A stretch of DNA of 64,000 nt from a bacterium (GTDB lineage: Bacteria > JAAXHH01), in NCBI GenBank assembly GCA_963693015.1, contig OY843748.1, positions 3,200,395-3,264,394 on the forward strand, read 5' to 3'. The translations under genes were made by a program, and so were the position numbers. The notes beneath the pieces were generated by a model, which did no database searches, was not told the origin of the DNA, and worked only from the letters and a program-made list of their open reading frames with translations. Shown one piece after another: positions 34,582-43,432 of this stretch. The stretch's first letter is position 1. Each line of letters opens with the position of its first letter.

Positions 34582-34720
34582 TTTTTGACTCCTTTCAAAA
34601 TGGTAAAAAGCCGCGGTTTAAAACCCCGGTTGAATGCCGCGGTCGGACTTGGGATCCTTCCGCGGCATGTTCTCGCTCCTTAAAACAATCGGTGCACAGT
34701 AATTCACGGTCGACGCCAAC

Positions 34721-35386
34721 TCAACGCCGGTCGCGGGATTCACGGCCACCCCGCCGCCAGCGCATCCCGGCATCCCGGCGTTCGTCCCGCCGGTCGCGGA
34801 ATGATTCACGCAGCTTTTCCTGCTGCTCCGCGGTCAGCACGTTTCTGAACTCGGCTCGGAAGACGGCGCCTCGCTCGAACACGCTGCCCTGGGCCGCTGA
34901 TACGGCCGCGGCCAGTTCTTTGACCTTGTTAACGTCCGGCCTGGTCTCGCTCATCACTTCGCGCAGTTCGATCCGTGCGAGTCTCGTGTCGGCGCGAAGC
35001 TGAACCATGTCCCGGGCGTAGGCGGAGCGCAGCGTCCTGATCTTTTCCTGCTGCTCGTCAGTGAGTTCGAGTCTGGCCATCGCTCTCCGGGCCAGACGCG
35101 TCCTCCCGACGTCCGCGTCGGCGTAATCAAAATCGAAGTCGTCGACGGCGTCGTCCGCCGATCCGGCCTCTGCGCGTTCGGCTTCATCGGCGTGCCCGGC
35201 GTCCGCCCCATGTTCGGCACCCGCCGCGTGACCGGCGTCCGCGGAGGCGGCATCGTGATGACCTGTTCCCCCAAGCCCGGTCCTGCCCATGGCATCGAAG
35301 GCCCAGAACAGTACGACCAAGCTCAGCGCGCCGGCAAAGATCCCTGGAATTACCTTTTTCATCTTTTTGCTCCCTTCGTTGGACAA
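34721..35386 (-). CDS. Periplasmic LTXXQ-motif (Spy/CpxP family) protein
   Basis: Two LTxEQQEK motifs (LTDEQQEKIRTL, LTAEQQEKLRE). N-terminal signal/TM. Confidence 0.65.
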   Translation of the reverse strand: MSNEGSKKMKKVIPGIFAGALSLVVLFWAFDAMGRTGLGGTGHHDAASADAGHAAGAEHGADAGHADEAERAEAGSADDAVDDFDFDYADADVGRTRLARRAMARLELTDEQQEKIRTLRSAYARDMVQLRADTRLARIELREVMSETRPDVNKVKELAAAVSAAQGSVFERGAVFRAEFRNVLTAEQQEKLRESFRDRRDERRDAGMRWRRGGRESRDRR

Positions 35387-35530
35387 CCCGTGGTTGAAAT
35401 GACCGCGATCTCCGGAGATCGTATTCGTGCTGCTCTACAGGATTGGACAGCGATCGCTCGTGGGTTATTCCAACTTTCTTCGCGATCGCATCGCGGCCCG
35501 ACGCGTCATCAGATCCGGTGGAAGGGCGCG

Positions 35531-36103
35531 CTAGTGGTCGCCCCCGCGCCCCCGCTCATCCGAACTGCCGTTATCCTGGTGGATGCCGCTATGGCGCTCG
35601 CCCAGTCCACTTCCATCACTCGCCCCATTGCGCTCGCCCGGCCCATTGCCCTCACTCGACCTGTTACCTCTGTCCGGCCTGTTGCGGCCGCCCGGCCTGT
35701 TGCGCGGCCGGCGGGACTCGTGATCACCCTGCCTGCGGAATTCCCGCATGCTTTCGCGACGCTCCCGTATCTGCTTGATCCGTTCGCGCTGCTCTTCAGT
35801 GAGTATGGGTTCCAGGTCCCGGTGCAATGAATCGACCAGGGCCTGCATCTCCTGCCGGTGACGCACGTAGTTCTCCCGGAACCCGGGTTCGTGTTCGCCC
35901 ACCACTTCCCTGATCCTGCGTATCTGCTCCTGGTCCGGCCGCACCATTCTGACCCATCTCTCCACGAAACGCTCCCGCGTCATCTGGGGAGGGGGCGGCT
36001 GCAGGCGGTCCCTGGCGAAGGCGCCCAGGATCAATGCGCCGCAGATCATGCCGATGATCAAAGTGACCAGCAGGATGGCCGCGGTCTTCAAGTGGATGTT
36101 CAT
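35531..36103 (-). CDS. Membrane-anchored LTXXQ-like periplasmic protein with RG-rich tail
   Basis: N-terminal TM helix, LTEEQRERIKQIRE motif, C-terminal R/G/N-rich low complexity. 4-nt overlap with the anti-sigma gene. Confidence 0.55.
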   Translation of the reverse strand: MNIHLKTAAILLVTLIIGMICGALILGAFARDRLQPPPPQMTRERFVERWVRMVRPDQEQIRRIREVVGEHEPGFRENYVRHRQEMQALVDSLHRDLEPILTEEQRERIKQIRERRESMREFRRQGDHESRRPRNRPGGRNRPDRGNRSSEGNGPGERNGASDGSGLGERHSGIHQDNGSSDERGRGGDH

Positions 36104-36564
36104 AATGCGCCCTCCGTTTCCAGTGCGATCCGCGCGTCGTAGAGATCCTCAGGATACAGTTCCCCGTTCAGGCCGAAGGACGCCGTGAGGGAGACGCTTC
36201 CGGACGTGGTCAGGTTGTAGGTCAACAGCAGGACCGCGGCGATGGACGCGGCCACCGCCACCCTTCGGAACATCATTGGCAGCGCGTCCTGGAAGTCCGG
36301 CGCTGCCCCGACGGCGGTCTCTGGCGCGGAGTGGACCTCCGATTCCTGGTCCAGTCGATCCATGACCCTGCTGGTGAACCCTGGCCTGAAAGAGGGTGGT
36401 TCCTGACCCTCCATCTGGATGCGAATCCGGACCAGTCGCTCACGTTCTTCCCGCAGGCCGGAATCGCGCCGGAGCGCCGCGTCCAGGCGGTTTTGCTCTT
36501 CGGCCGTCAGGGTCGTATCCAGCGACCGGTACAGCAGATCCAGGTCAGATCGTTTCATGGACAA
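36100..36564 (-). CDS. Putative anti-sigma factor (single TM)
   Basis: Overlaps the ECF sigma gene by 20 nt. Has a C-terminal TM segment (VAVAASIAAVLLL). Confidence 0.55.
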   Translation of the reverse strand: MSMKRSDLDLLYRSLDTTLTAEEQNRLDAALRRDSGLREERERLVRIRIQMEGQEPPSFRPGFTSRVMDRLDQESEVHSAPETAVGAAPDFQDALPMMFRRVAVAASIAAVLLLTYNLTTSGSVSLTASFGLNGELYPEDLYDARIALETEGAL

Positions 36565-37135
36565 GCTCCCTGTTAGAGGATATGAGTATACGCTTCAGTT
36601 TTTCCTGGGATCTCTTCAGGCGGGACAGCACCGTCCCGACGGGCAGACCCAGGATCTCGGCGGTTTCTTTCGAAGTATAGCCTTCCATCAGCCGGAGTAC
36701 GACGACCGAACGGAATTCGGGTTTCAGTTGGTTCAGCGCCTTGTTTATCCTGTTCGGCGTGTCGTCGTATTCGGCGCTGGCCCGCGGATCCTCGAATTCC
36801 TGGTCCGGCGCGTCTTTTTCTTTGCCAACCGGTGTAAATGGAATGAAGATCGAACGGCGGCGGCGTTTCTTGATTTCATTCAGCGACAGGTTGATGGCGA
36901 TGCGCGTCAGGTAAGTGCCGACCGAGGCCTGCCCGCGGAATCCCCGCAACCCTCGATAGAACCGGATGAGGGTCTCCTGCCCCACGTCCTCGGCTTCGGC
37001 CGTGTCCCCGAGCATGCGAATGACCACGGCGGCCACGCGCCCCTCGTACCTTTTCACCAGTTCCCGGAAGGCATCCTCGCTGCCGTCGCGGGCGGCGTCT
37101 ACCAGTGCTTCGTCCGTCAAGGCGTCTACCCTCAT
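36545..37135 (-). CDS. ECF (sigma-70 family, group 4) RNA polymerase sigma factor
   Basis: Region 2 (ETLIRFYRGLRGF) and region 4 HTH (YTSKETAEILGLPVGTVLSRLKRS). Confidence 0.9.
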   Translation of the reverse strand: MRVDALTDEALVDAARDGSEDAFRELVKRYEGRVAAVVIRMLGDTAEAEDVGQETLIRFYRGLRGFRGQASVGTYLTRIAINLSLNEIKKRRRRSIFIPFTPVGKEKDAPDQEFEDPRASAEYDDTPNRINKALNQLKPEFRSVVVLRLMEGYTSKETAEILGLPVGTVLSRLKRSQEKLKRILISSNRELVHETI

Positions 37136-37322
37136 TCCGAGACCCTCGAATCATCGGCGATCGACCCGGGCAGATTCCGCTGCCTATCGTTTAGACTCTG
37201 TCCGCACCGTTTTTATTCCCATAAAATCAAGCCGCCGGAAATGTATTGACTTTGACAGGACGATCCATCACAGTTGGAGACAGTTGCCCGTTCGCGGAAT
37301 ACACCCTTACAAGCGTGGTACA

Positions 37323-37796
37323 ATGGCTTTCGATCATATCGAACAGCGGCGGATCATGGGGCATTTCGCGACCGGCGTGACCGTCGTAACTACCTGGTAC
37401 GAGAATCAGCCGCAAGGCATGACCGCCAACGCGGTGGCTTCGCTCTCCCTGGAGCCTCCACTCATCCTTGTATCCGTGGACGTCAAGGCCCAGATGAACG
37501 CCTGCCTCAGGGCCAGCGACTGCTTTGCCGTCAACATACTGACCGAGGAGCAGGAAGAACTGTCCGTGCGGTTCGCCAAACACGGGCCGAAGGACTTTGC
37601 CGGCATCGATTACCGTACCGAGGCCACGGGCTCTCCCGTTTTCGAGCGGTCACTGGCCTACGTCGACTGCCGGGTCGCCAGCGTTCTGCCGGGCGGGGAT
37701 CACGACATCTTCATCGGCGAGATCGTGGCGGGGGGCACGTGGGAGGGACGGCCGCTCCTCTTTTACGGCGGCAAATACGGCAGCCTGTCCGGCTGA
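37323..37796 (+). CDS. Flavin reductase family protein
   Basis: Start MAFDHIEQ at 37323. FMN-binding split-barrel signatures (GVTVVTT, SLEPPLILVSV). The upstream part of track ORF 36966-37796 is rejected. Confidence 0.8.
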   Translation: MAFDHIEQRRIMGHFATGVTVVTTWYENQPQGMTANAVASLSLEPPLILVSVDVKAQMNACLRASDCFAVNILTEEQEELSVRFAKHGPKDFAGIDYRTEATGSPVFERSLAYVDCRVASVLPGGDHDIFIGEIVAGGTWEGRPLLFYGGKYGSLSG

Positions 37797-37847
37797 ATCC
37801 CGTCCACGGCCGCAGACTACAGGCATCACGGCTGATCCGGAACATCC

Positions 37848-39518
37848 ATGCAATACGGTTTCATCATAGACAACAGGAAGTGTATCGGGTGCCACGCCTG
37901 CACCGTCGCGTGCAAGGCGGAGCACGAGGTGCCCCTCGGCGTCAACCGGACCTGGGTGAAGTACATCGAGAAAGGGACCTATCCGAACACGGCGCGGCAT
38001 TTCTCCGTCATGCGGTGCAACCACTGCGCGGACGCCCCCTGCGTGGAGATCTGCCCGGTGACGGCGCTGTACACCCGGAAGGACGGCATCGTCGATTTCG
38101 ATCCCCGGCGCTGCATCGGATGCAAGGGCTGCATGCAGGCCTGCCCCTACGACGCCCTGTACATCGACCCGGACACCCATACGGCGGCCAAGTGCAACTA
38201 TTGCGCCCACCGGGTGGATATCGGTCTCGAGCCCGCCTGCGTAAACGTCTGCCCCGAGCACGCCATCATCTCCGGTGACATGGACGATGGTGCTACGGAG
38301 ATCGCCCAGCTGCTCGCGAAGGAGCAGGTGACGGTCCGCAAGGTGGAAAAGGACACGAAGCCCCGGCTGTACTATATCGACGGCGACGAGGCCTCTCTGA
38401 CGCCCGGGGAGACCGCGACGTCCGACAACTACATGTGGAGTTCGCAGTCGGACGGCGTGGGCCATTTCGCCCGGTACGTAGAGGAACGCACCGCCCGCTC
38501 GAACCCGGAGGACATGGTCCGGCAGCTTTCCGGGGAAGAAAAAGGACAGGACGGTCGGGACGGGGCGAACGGCCGGGCGGAACAGGGCGGCCAGGATTCC
38601 GCGAATGGTCGAGCCGGACGAGACGGCGGAGATACCGGAGGATCAGGCAAGGATGCCGCGCCGCGCCGGGTCTATGACGCGCCGGACAAGGGCGTGCTGT
38701 GGGGCAACGACGTGGCGGCCTACGTGTGGACCAAGGCCATCTCGGCGGGTGCGTTCCTGATGCTGTTTGCCGCTTCCGTCCTTGGACTTGCTGTGGATCC
38801 CGTCCTCGCCTGGACCGCCGGGACGGTCGCCATGACGTTTCTCCTGGCCACGACGGTCCTGCTGGTCGGCGACCTGACCCAGCCCAGGCGCTTTCTCTAC
38901 GTGCTGCTTCGTCCCCAGTGGAAATCCTGGCTGGTACTCGGCGGCTATGCCCTTACCCTTTACGGCCTGGCGCTCACGTTATGGGCGGCGGCCATGCTCA
39001 CCGGACGGACTGAAGCGGCGGCAATCATCGGCGGGATCACGGCCGTCCTGGCGGTCCTTACCGCGGTGTACACGGCCTTTCTCTTCGCCCAGGCCAAGGG
39101 CCGGGACTTCTGGCAGAGCCCGACGCTGGTCATCCACATGCTGCTCCACGCGGTGCTGGCCGGCGCCGCGGTATTCGCTATTGTCTTCCTGTTCAGTGCG
39201 CCAGGCGAGGCCTGGTTCGCCTTCGTCCGAAACACTCTGGTTATCGCCGTCATCCTGAACCTGCTGGTCATCGCGGCCGAGATGCTGACGCCCCACCCGA
39301 CGGCCGACGCCCGGAAAGCCGTGCAGGCCATCGTCCGGGGCCGGTACCGGGGCTATTTCTGGTTCCTCGGCATCGCCATCGGCAACGTGGTACCCGTCGT
39401 CCTGGTATGGATAGGCGGAGAAGCGATGCTCGCCGCGGCGGGCGCGGGCGTGCTGATCGGCCTCTACGCGACCGAGTACGTCTGGGTCAGGGCGCCGCAG
39501 GATATACCGCTGAGCTGA
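37848..39518 (+). CDS. Fusion of a 4Fe-4S ferredoxin-type subunit (DmsB/PsrB-like) and an NrfD/PsrC-like polytopic membrane anchor
   Basis: N-terminus carries four Cys clusters (CIGCHACTVAC, CNHCADAPC, CIGCKGCMQAC, CNYCAHRVDIG). A Gly/Asp/Arg-rich linker follows, then about 8 predicted TM helices. No twin-arginine signal. Confidence 0.8.
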   Translation: MQYGFIIDNRKCIGCHACTVACKAEHEVPLGVNRTWVKYIEKGTYPNTARHFSVMRCNHCADAPCVEICPVTALYTRKDGIVDFDPRRCIGCKGCMQACPYDALYIDPDTHTAAKCNYCAHRVDIGLEPACVNVCPEHAIISGDMDDGATEIAQLLAKEQVTVRKVEKDTKPRLYYIDGDEASLTPGETATSDNYMWSSQSDGVGHFARYVEERTARSNPEDMVRQLSGEEKGQDGRDGANGRAEQGGQDSANGRAGRDGGDTGGSGKDAAPRRVYDAPDKGVLWGNDVAAYVWTKAISAGAFLMLFAASVLGLAVDPVLAWTAGTVAMTFLLATTVLLVGDLTQPRRFLYVLLRPQWKSWLVLGGYALTLYGLALTLWAAAMLTGRTEAAAIIGGITAVLAVLTAVYTAFLFAQAKGRDFWQSPTLVIHMLLHAVLAGAAVFAIVFLFSAPGEAWFAFVRNTLVIAVILNLLVIAAEMLTPHPTADARKAVQAIVRGRYRGYFWFLGIAIGNVVPVVLVWIGGEAMLAAAGAGVLIGLYATEYVWVRAPQDIPLS

Positions 39519-39587
39519 ATAGACACCGATAAACGCGCACTACGCGGAACAACCCTATGATCATGTGCACTGAATGGAACCATCCGC

Positions 39588-42452
39588 ATGTCCACGCGCC
39601 ATAAACCGGGGCTGATCGAATCGCTGGCCGAGAAAATCGGCCTGATTCCGAACCTGCACGCGGAAGACGGGCCGGATCTTCCCAGTCTGACCGACGGCGG
39701 CGCGCTCACCGACTACCCGCCGCCGGACCAGTGGGACGACTGGGTGGAGTACGAGGCGCAGGACTGGCCGCGGCAGCAGGCGAAACACTACATGGTGGTG
39801 CCCACGGCCTGCTTCAACTGCGAGGCCGGGTGCGGACTCCTGAGCTACGTGGACAAGGAAACGATGGAGGTCCGCAAGTTCGAGGGCAATCCCTACCACC
39901 CGGCCAGCCGGGGACGCAACTGCGCCAAGGGACCGGCCACGATCAACCAGATCCGCGACACGGACCGCATCCTCCATCCCATGCGCCGGTCGGGCGCCCG
40001 CGGAAGCGGCGAGTGGGAACGGGTGTCCTGGGACGACGCGCTGGACGACATCGCCGCCCGGATCCGGGACCGCCTGAAGCAGGGCGCCAACAACGAGATC
40101 GCCTACCACGTGGGCCGGCCCGGGCACGAAGGCTACATCGACCGCGTGCTCAAGGCCTGGGGCGTCGACGGACACAACAGCCATACCAACATCTGTTCAT
40201 CGGGAGCACGCTTCGGCTACGCCCTCTGGCACTTCTTCGACCGGCCTTCGCCCGACCACGCCAACGCGCAGTTCATCCTCCTGATCAGCGCCCACCTGGA
40301 ATCGGGGCACTACTTCAATCCCCATGCGCAGCGCATCATCGAGGGCATGATGAAGGGCGCGAAGCTCGCGGTCATGGACCCGCGGCTCTCCAACACGGCC
40401 AGCATGGCCGATCACTGGCTGCCCACCTATCCGGGCAGCGAGGCCGCGGTGCTGCTGGCCATGGCCAACGTCATCCTGCAGGACGGCCTCTACGACGCCG
40501 GGTTCATGAAGACGTGGGTCAACTGGCAGACCTACCTGGAGAAGGAACACCCGGACGCCCCGCGCACCTTCGAACGGTTCATCGAAGCGCTCAAAGCGGT
40601 CTACAGCGAATACACCCCCGAGTTCGCCGAGCAGGAAAGCGGGGTGCCGGCGGCGCAGGTCGTGGAGATCGCCCGCCAGATCGGCCGGGCGGGATCGCGT
40701 TTCGCCACCCACAACTGGCGCAGCGCGGGCAGCGGCAACGCCGGCGGCTGGGCCGTGGCGCGCTGCCTCCACTTCCTGAACGTGCTCACCGGCAGCGTCG
40801 GCACGGAGGGCGGCACCTCGCCGAGCGGGTGGAACAAGTTCAAGCCCAACGTCTTCGACCACCCCCCGGACCAGAAGTTCTGGAACGAACTGCATTTCCC
40901 GAAGGAATACCCCCTTTCCCATTACGAAATGAGCTTTCTCCTGCCCCATTTCCTGAAAGAGGGGCGGGGGAAGCTGGCCGTGTACTTCACCCGGGTCTTC
41001 AATCCCGTGTGGACGTATCCGGACGGATTTACCTGGGTCGAGGCGCTGCGCGACGAGGAGAAGGTCGGACTGCACGCGGCCCTGACGCCCACGTGGAACG
41101 AGACCGCCTATTTCGCCGACTACGTGCTGCCCATGGGCCACGCCAGCGAACGCCACGACATCATCAGCTACGAGACCCATTCCGGTACCTGGATCGGGTT
41201 CCGCCAGCCCGTCCTGCGCGAGGCGCGGCGGCGCATGGGCGACCCGGTGGACTTCACCTACGAGGCCAACCCGGGCGAGGTCTGGGAAGAGGACGAGTTC
41301 TGGATCGAACTGTCCTGGCGCATCGATCCCGACGGCAGCCTGGGCGTGCGGGATCACTTCATTTCTCCCTACCGGCCGGGCGAGAAGATCACCATCGACG
41401 AATACTACCGGTACATCTTCGATCACGTGGACGGGCTGCCCGAGGCCGCCGGTAAGGAAGGACTTTCCACCCTGGATTACATGCGCAAGTACGGGGCCTT
41501 CGAGGTGGAGAAGACGGCCTACGCGAAACACCTCAAGACGCTGGACGACGAGGCGGTCGCGGGCGCCGAAGTCGATCCGGAGACGAACACCCTGGTCGCC
41601 GATGGCAAGACCGTAGGCGTCATGGTGGACGGTTCGCCGCGGGCGGGCTTTCCCACGCCGTCGCTGAAGCAGGAATTCTATTCCCAGACCATGGTGGACT
41701 GGGGCTGGCCGGAATACGCCATCCCCACCTACATCAAGAGCCACGTGCACCCCGACGAACTCGACCGCGAGAACGGGGAATTCCCGTTGTTGCCCACCTT
41801 CCGGCTGCCCACGCTGATCCACTCCCGGTCCGGCAATGCCAAGTGGCTCAACGAGATCTCGAACCGCAATCCCGTGTGGATGCACCAGCAGGACGCCGAC
41901 CGGATGGGCATAGGTACCGGCGACCTGGTCCGGGTGACCACCGAAATCGGCTATTTCGTGGACCGCGTCTGGGTCACCGAGGCCATGAAACCCGGCGTGG
42001 TCGCCTGTTCCCACCACCTGGGGCGCTGGCGGCGGCGGCAGGACGCGAAAGGCAACCGCTGGTCGGTGAATCTCGTCGATATCCAGGAAGAGGCCGGCGG
42101 GAAGTGGCGCATGAAGGTGATGGACGGGATCCGGCCCTACGAGAGCGCCGACCGCGACTCCGCCCGCATCTTCTGGCGGGACGGCGGCGTGCACCAGAAC
42201 ATCACCTTCCCCGTGCATCCCGATCCGATCAGCGGCATGCACTGCTGGCACCAGAAGGTCCGCGTCGAAAAGGCCCGTGAAGAGGACGCCTACGGAGACG
42301 TGATGGTCGATACGGAGAAGTCCTTCGAGGTATACCGCGCGTGGCTGGACCAGACGCGGCCCGCACCGGGTCCGGGCGGCCTGCGCCGTCCCCTCTGGCT
42401 CAACCGGCCCGTTCGGCCCGCCGAAGAGACGTTCTACCTGCCCGAAGAATAG
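39588..42452 (+). CDS. Molybdopterin (bis-MGD) oxidoreductase catalytic subunit, DMSO-reductase family, no Tat signal
   Basis: N-terminal FeS motif CFNCEAGCG...C and about 950 aa of MopB-like domains. The N-terminus MSTRHKPGLIESL lacks an RR motif. Confidence 0.85.
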   Translation: MSTRHKPGLIESLAEKIGLIPNLHAEDGPDLPSLTDGGALTDYPPPDQWDDWVEYEAQDWPRQQAKHYMVVPTACFNCEAGCGLLSYVDKETMEVRKFEGNPYHPASRGRNCAKGPATINQIRDTDRILHPMRRSGARGSGEWERVSWDDALDDIAARIRDRLKQGANNEIAYHVGRPGHEGYIDRVLKAWGVDGHNSHTNICSSGARFGYALWHFFDRPSPDHANAQFILLISAHLESGHYFNPHAQRIIEGMMKGAKLAVMDPRLSNTASMADHWLPTYPGSEAAVLLAMANVILQDGLYDAGFMKTWVNWQTYLEKEHPDAPRTFERFIEALKAVYSEYTPEFAEQESGVPAAQVVEIARQIGRAGSRFATHNWRSAGSGNAGGWAVARCLHFLNVLTGSVGTEGGTSPSGWNKFKPNVFDHPPDQKFWNELHFPKEYPLSHYEMSFLLPHFLKEGRGKLAVYFTRVFNPVWTYPDGFTWVEALRDEEKVGLHAALTPTWNETAYFADYVLPMGHASERHDIISYETHSGTWIGFRQPVLREARRRMGDPVDFTYEANPGEVWEEDEFWIELSWRIDPDGSLGVRDHFISPYRPGEKITIDEYYRYIFDHVDGLPEAAGKEGLSTLDYMRKYGAFEVEKTAYAKHLKTLDDEAVAGAEVDPETNTLVADGKTVGVMVDGSPRAGFPTPSLKQEFYSQTMVDWGWPEYAIPTYIKSHVHPDELDRENGEFPLLPTFRLPTLIHSRSGNAKWLNEISNRNPVWMHQQDADRMGIGTGDLVRVTTEIGYFVDRVWVTEAMKPGVVACSHHLGRWRRRQDAKGNRWSVNLVDIQEEAGGKWRMKVMDGIRPYESADRDSARIFWRDGGVHQNITFPVHPDPISGMHCWHQKVRVEKAREEDAYGDVMVDTEKSFEVYRAWLDQTRPAPGPGGLRRPLWLNRPVRPAEETFYLPEE

Positions 42453-42517
42453 TCAGTAACTGCGCGTAAAAACCTGCGCTTCCCTTACGCTTCCCCTGCG
42501 TTTCCACTTCGCTTGCC

Positions 42518-43432
42518 TTACGCTTCCCGCAGAATTTCCCGGACGGCGGAGCACACCGCCTCGTCGCCCGCCGGCATGGCGCCGGTTCGAGACGCCACCC
42601 ACGCGCCGAGCCGGTTGGCGGCCTCGCTGATCCGATCGAGCGTCGAGCGGCGCAGATACCCGCTGGCCAGGGCCGCGGTGAAGGCGTCGCCGGCTCCGAT
42701 GGTATCCGCCACGTCAACCGACACACCCGGGTGCGCCACGGTCTCCGAGGACGTAACCAGCAGGCTGCCTTCCGCGCCGCGGGTGACGCAGACCAGTTTC
42801 AGGTTGTAGGAATCCCGCAGCCGCCGCGCCATGGACGCGAGATCACCATCTCCCAGGTCCAGCAGGGGACAGACCGTGCGCAGTTCTCCGTCGTTCAGCT
42901 TGACGATATGGACACGCTGGAAGGAATCGTGCAGCAGGCAGGCTGAGTACCGGTCCTGCCGCAGATTCACGTCGAAGATTCGCAAGGCGGAGGGGCGAAG
43001 AGAGTCGAGGAAGGCCGTTACGGCGTGGGCTGAACCGTCCGCCTGGTGCCGGGACACCGTTCCAAAGCACACGGCGTCCGCCCGGGCGGACAGCGCCGCC
43101 CAGCCGGGCGTCCACTCCATATGTTCCCAGGCGACGCCGCCGTTTATGATGAAGTCGGGCTGTCCGTCCGGTCCGATGCTCACGTCGACCGTCCCGGTGG
43201 GATGGACGTCGTCCCGCTGGATTGCGTCTGTGGGCAGGCCCTTGTCGGCAATGCGATCCACGGCTTCGTTGCCGAGGGCGTCCCGCCCGACCCGGCTCGC
43301 GACGATCCCTTCTTCACCCAGGAGAGACGCGAAGTAGGCGAAGTTCGCCGTGGCGCCGCCGAGCTGGGGGCCCGAGGGCAGCAGGTCCCAGAGTAATTCG
43401 CCCAGGCCGACGATGACGTAGCGGTCTTTTAT
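42518..43432 (-). CDS. PfkB-family sugar kinase (start codon unclear)
   Basis: GAGDAFTAAL anion-hole motif. The reading frame continues upstream of the track ORF (…KDRYVIVGLGELLWDL…) to about 43432 with no clean ATG/GTG. It abuts the upstream gene stop. Confidence 0.65.
   Translation of the reverse strand: MKDRYVIVGLGELLWDLLPSGPQLGGATANFAYFASLLGEEGIVASRVGRDALGNEAVDRIADKGLPTDAIQRDDVHPTGTVDVSIGPDGQPDFIINGGVAWEHMEWTPGWAALSARADAVCFGTVSRHQADGSAHAVTAFLDSLRPSALRIFDVNLRQDRYSACLLHDSFQRVHIVKLNDGELRTVCPLLDLGDGDLASMARRLRDSYNLKLVCVTRGAEGSLLVTSSETVAHPGVSVDVADTIGAGDAFTAALASGYLRRSTLDRISEAANRLGAWVASRTGAMPAGDEAVCSAVREILREA

Noticed and set aside
36966-37322. Upstream extension of the flavin reductase ORF
   Set aside because: Overlaps the ECF sigma gene on the opposite strand. 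The conserved flavin-reductase N-terminus begins at the ATG at 37323.
39731-41455. 574-aa plus-strand ORF and 684-aa minus-strand ORF (40197-42251) overlapping the Mo-enzyme catalytic subunit
   Set aside because: Alternative frames of the 954-aa molybdopterin oxidoreductase. Arg/Gly-rich artefacts.
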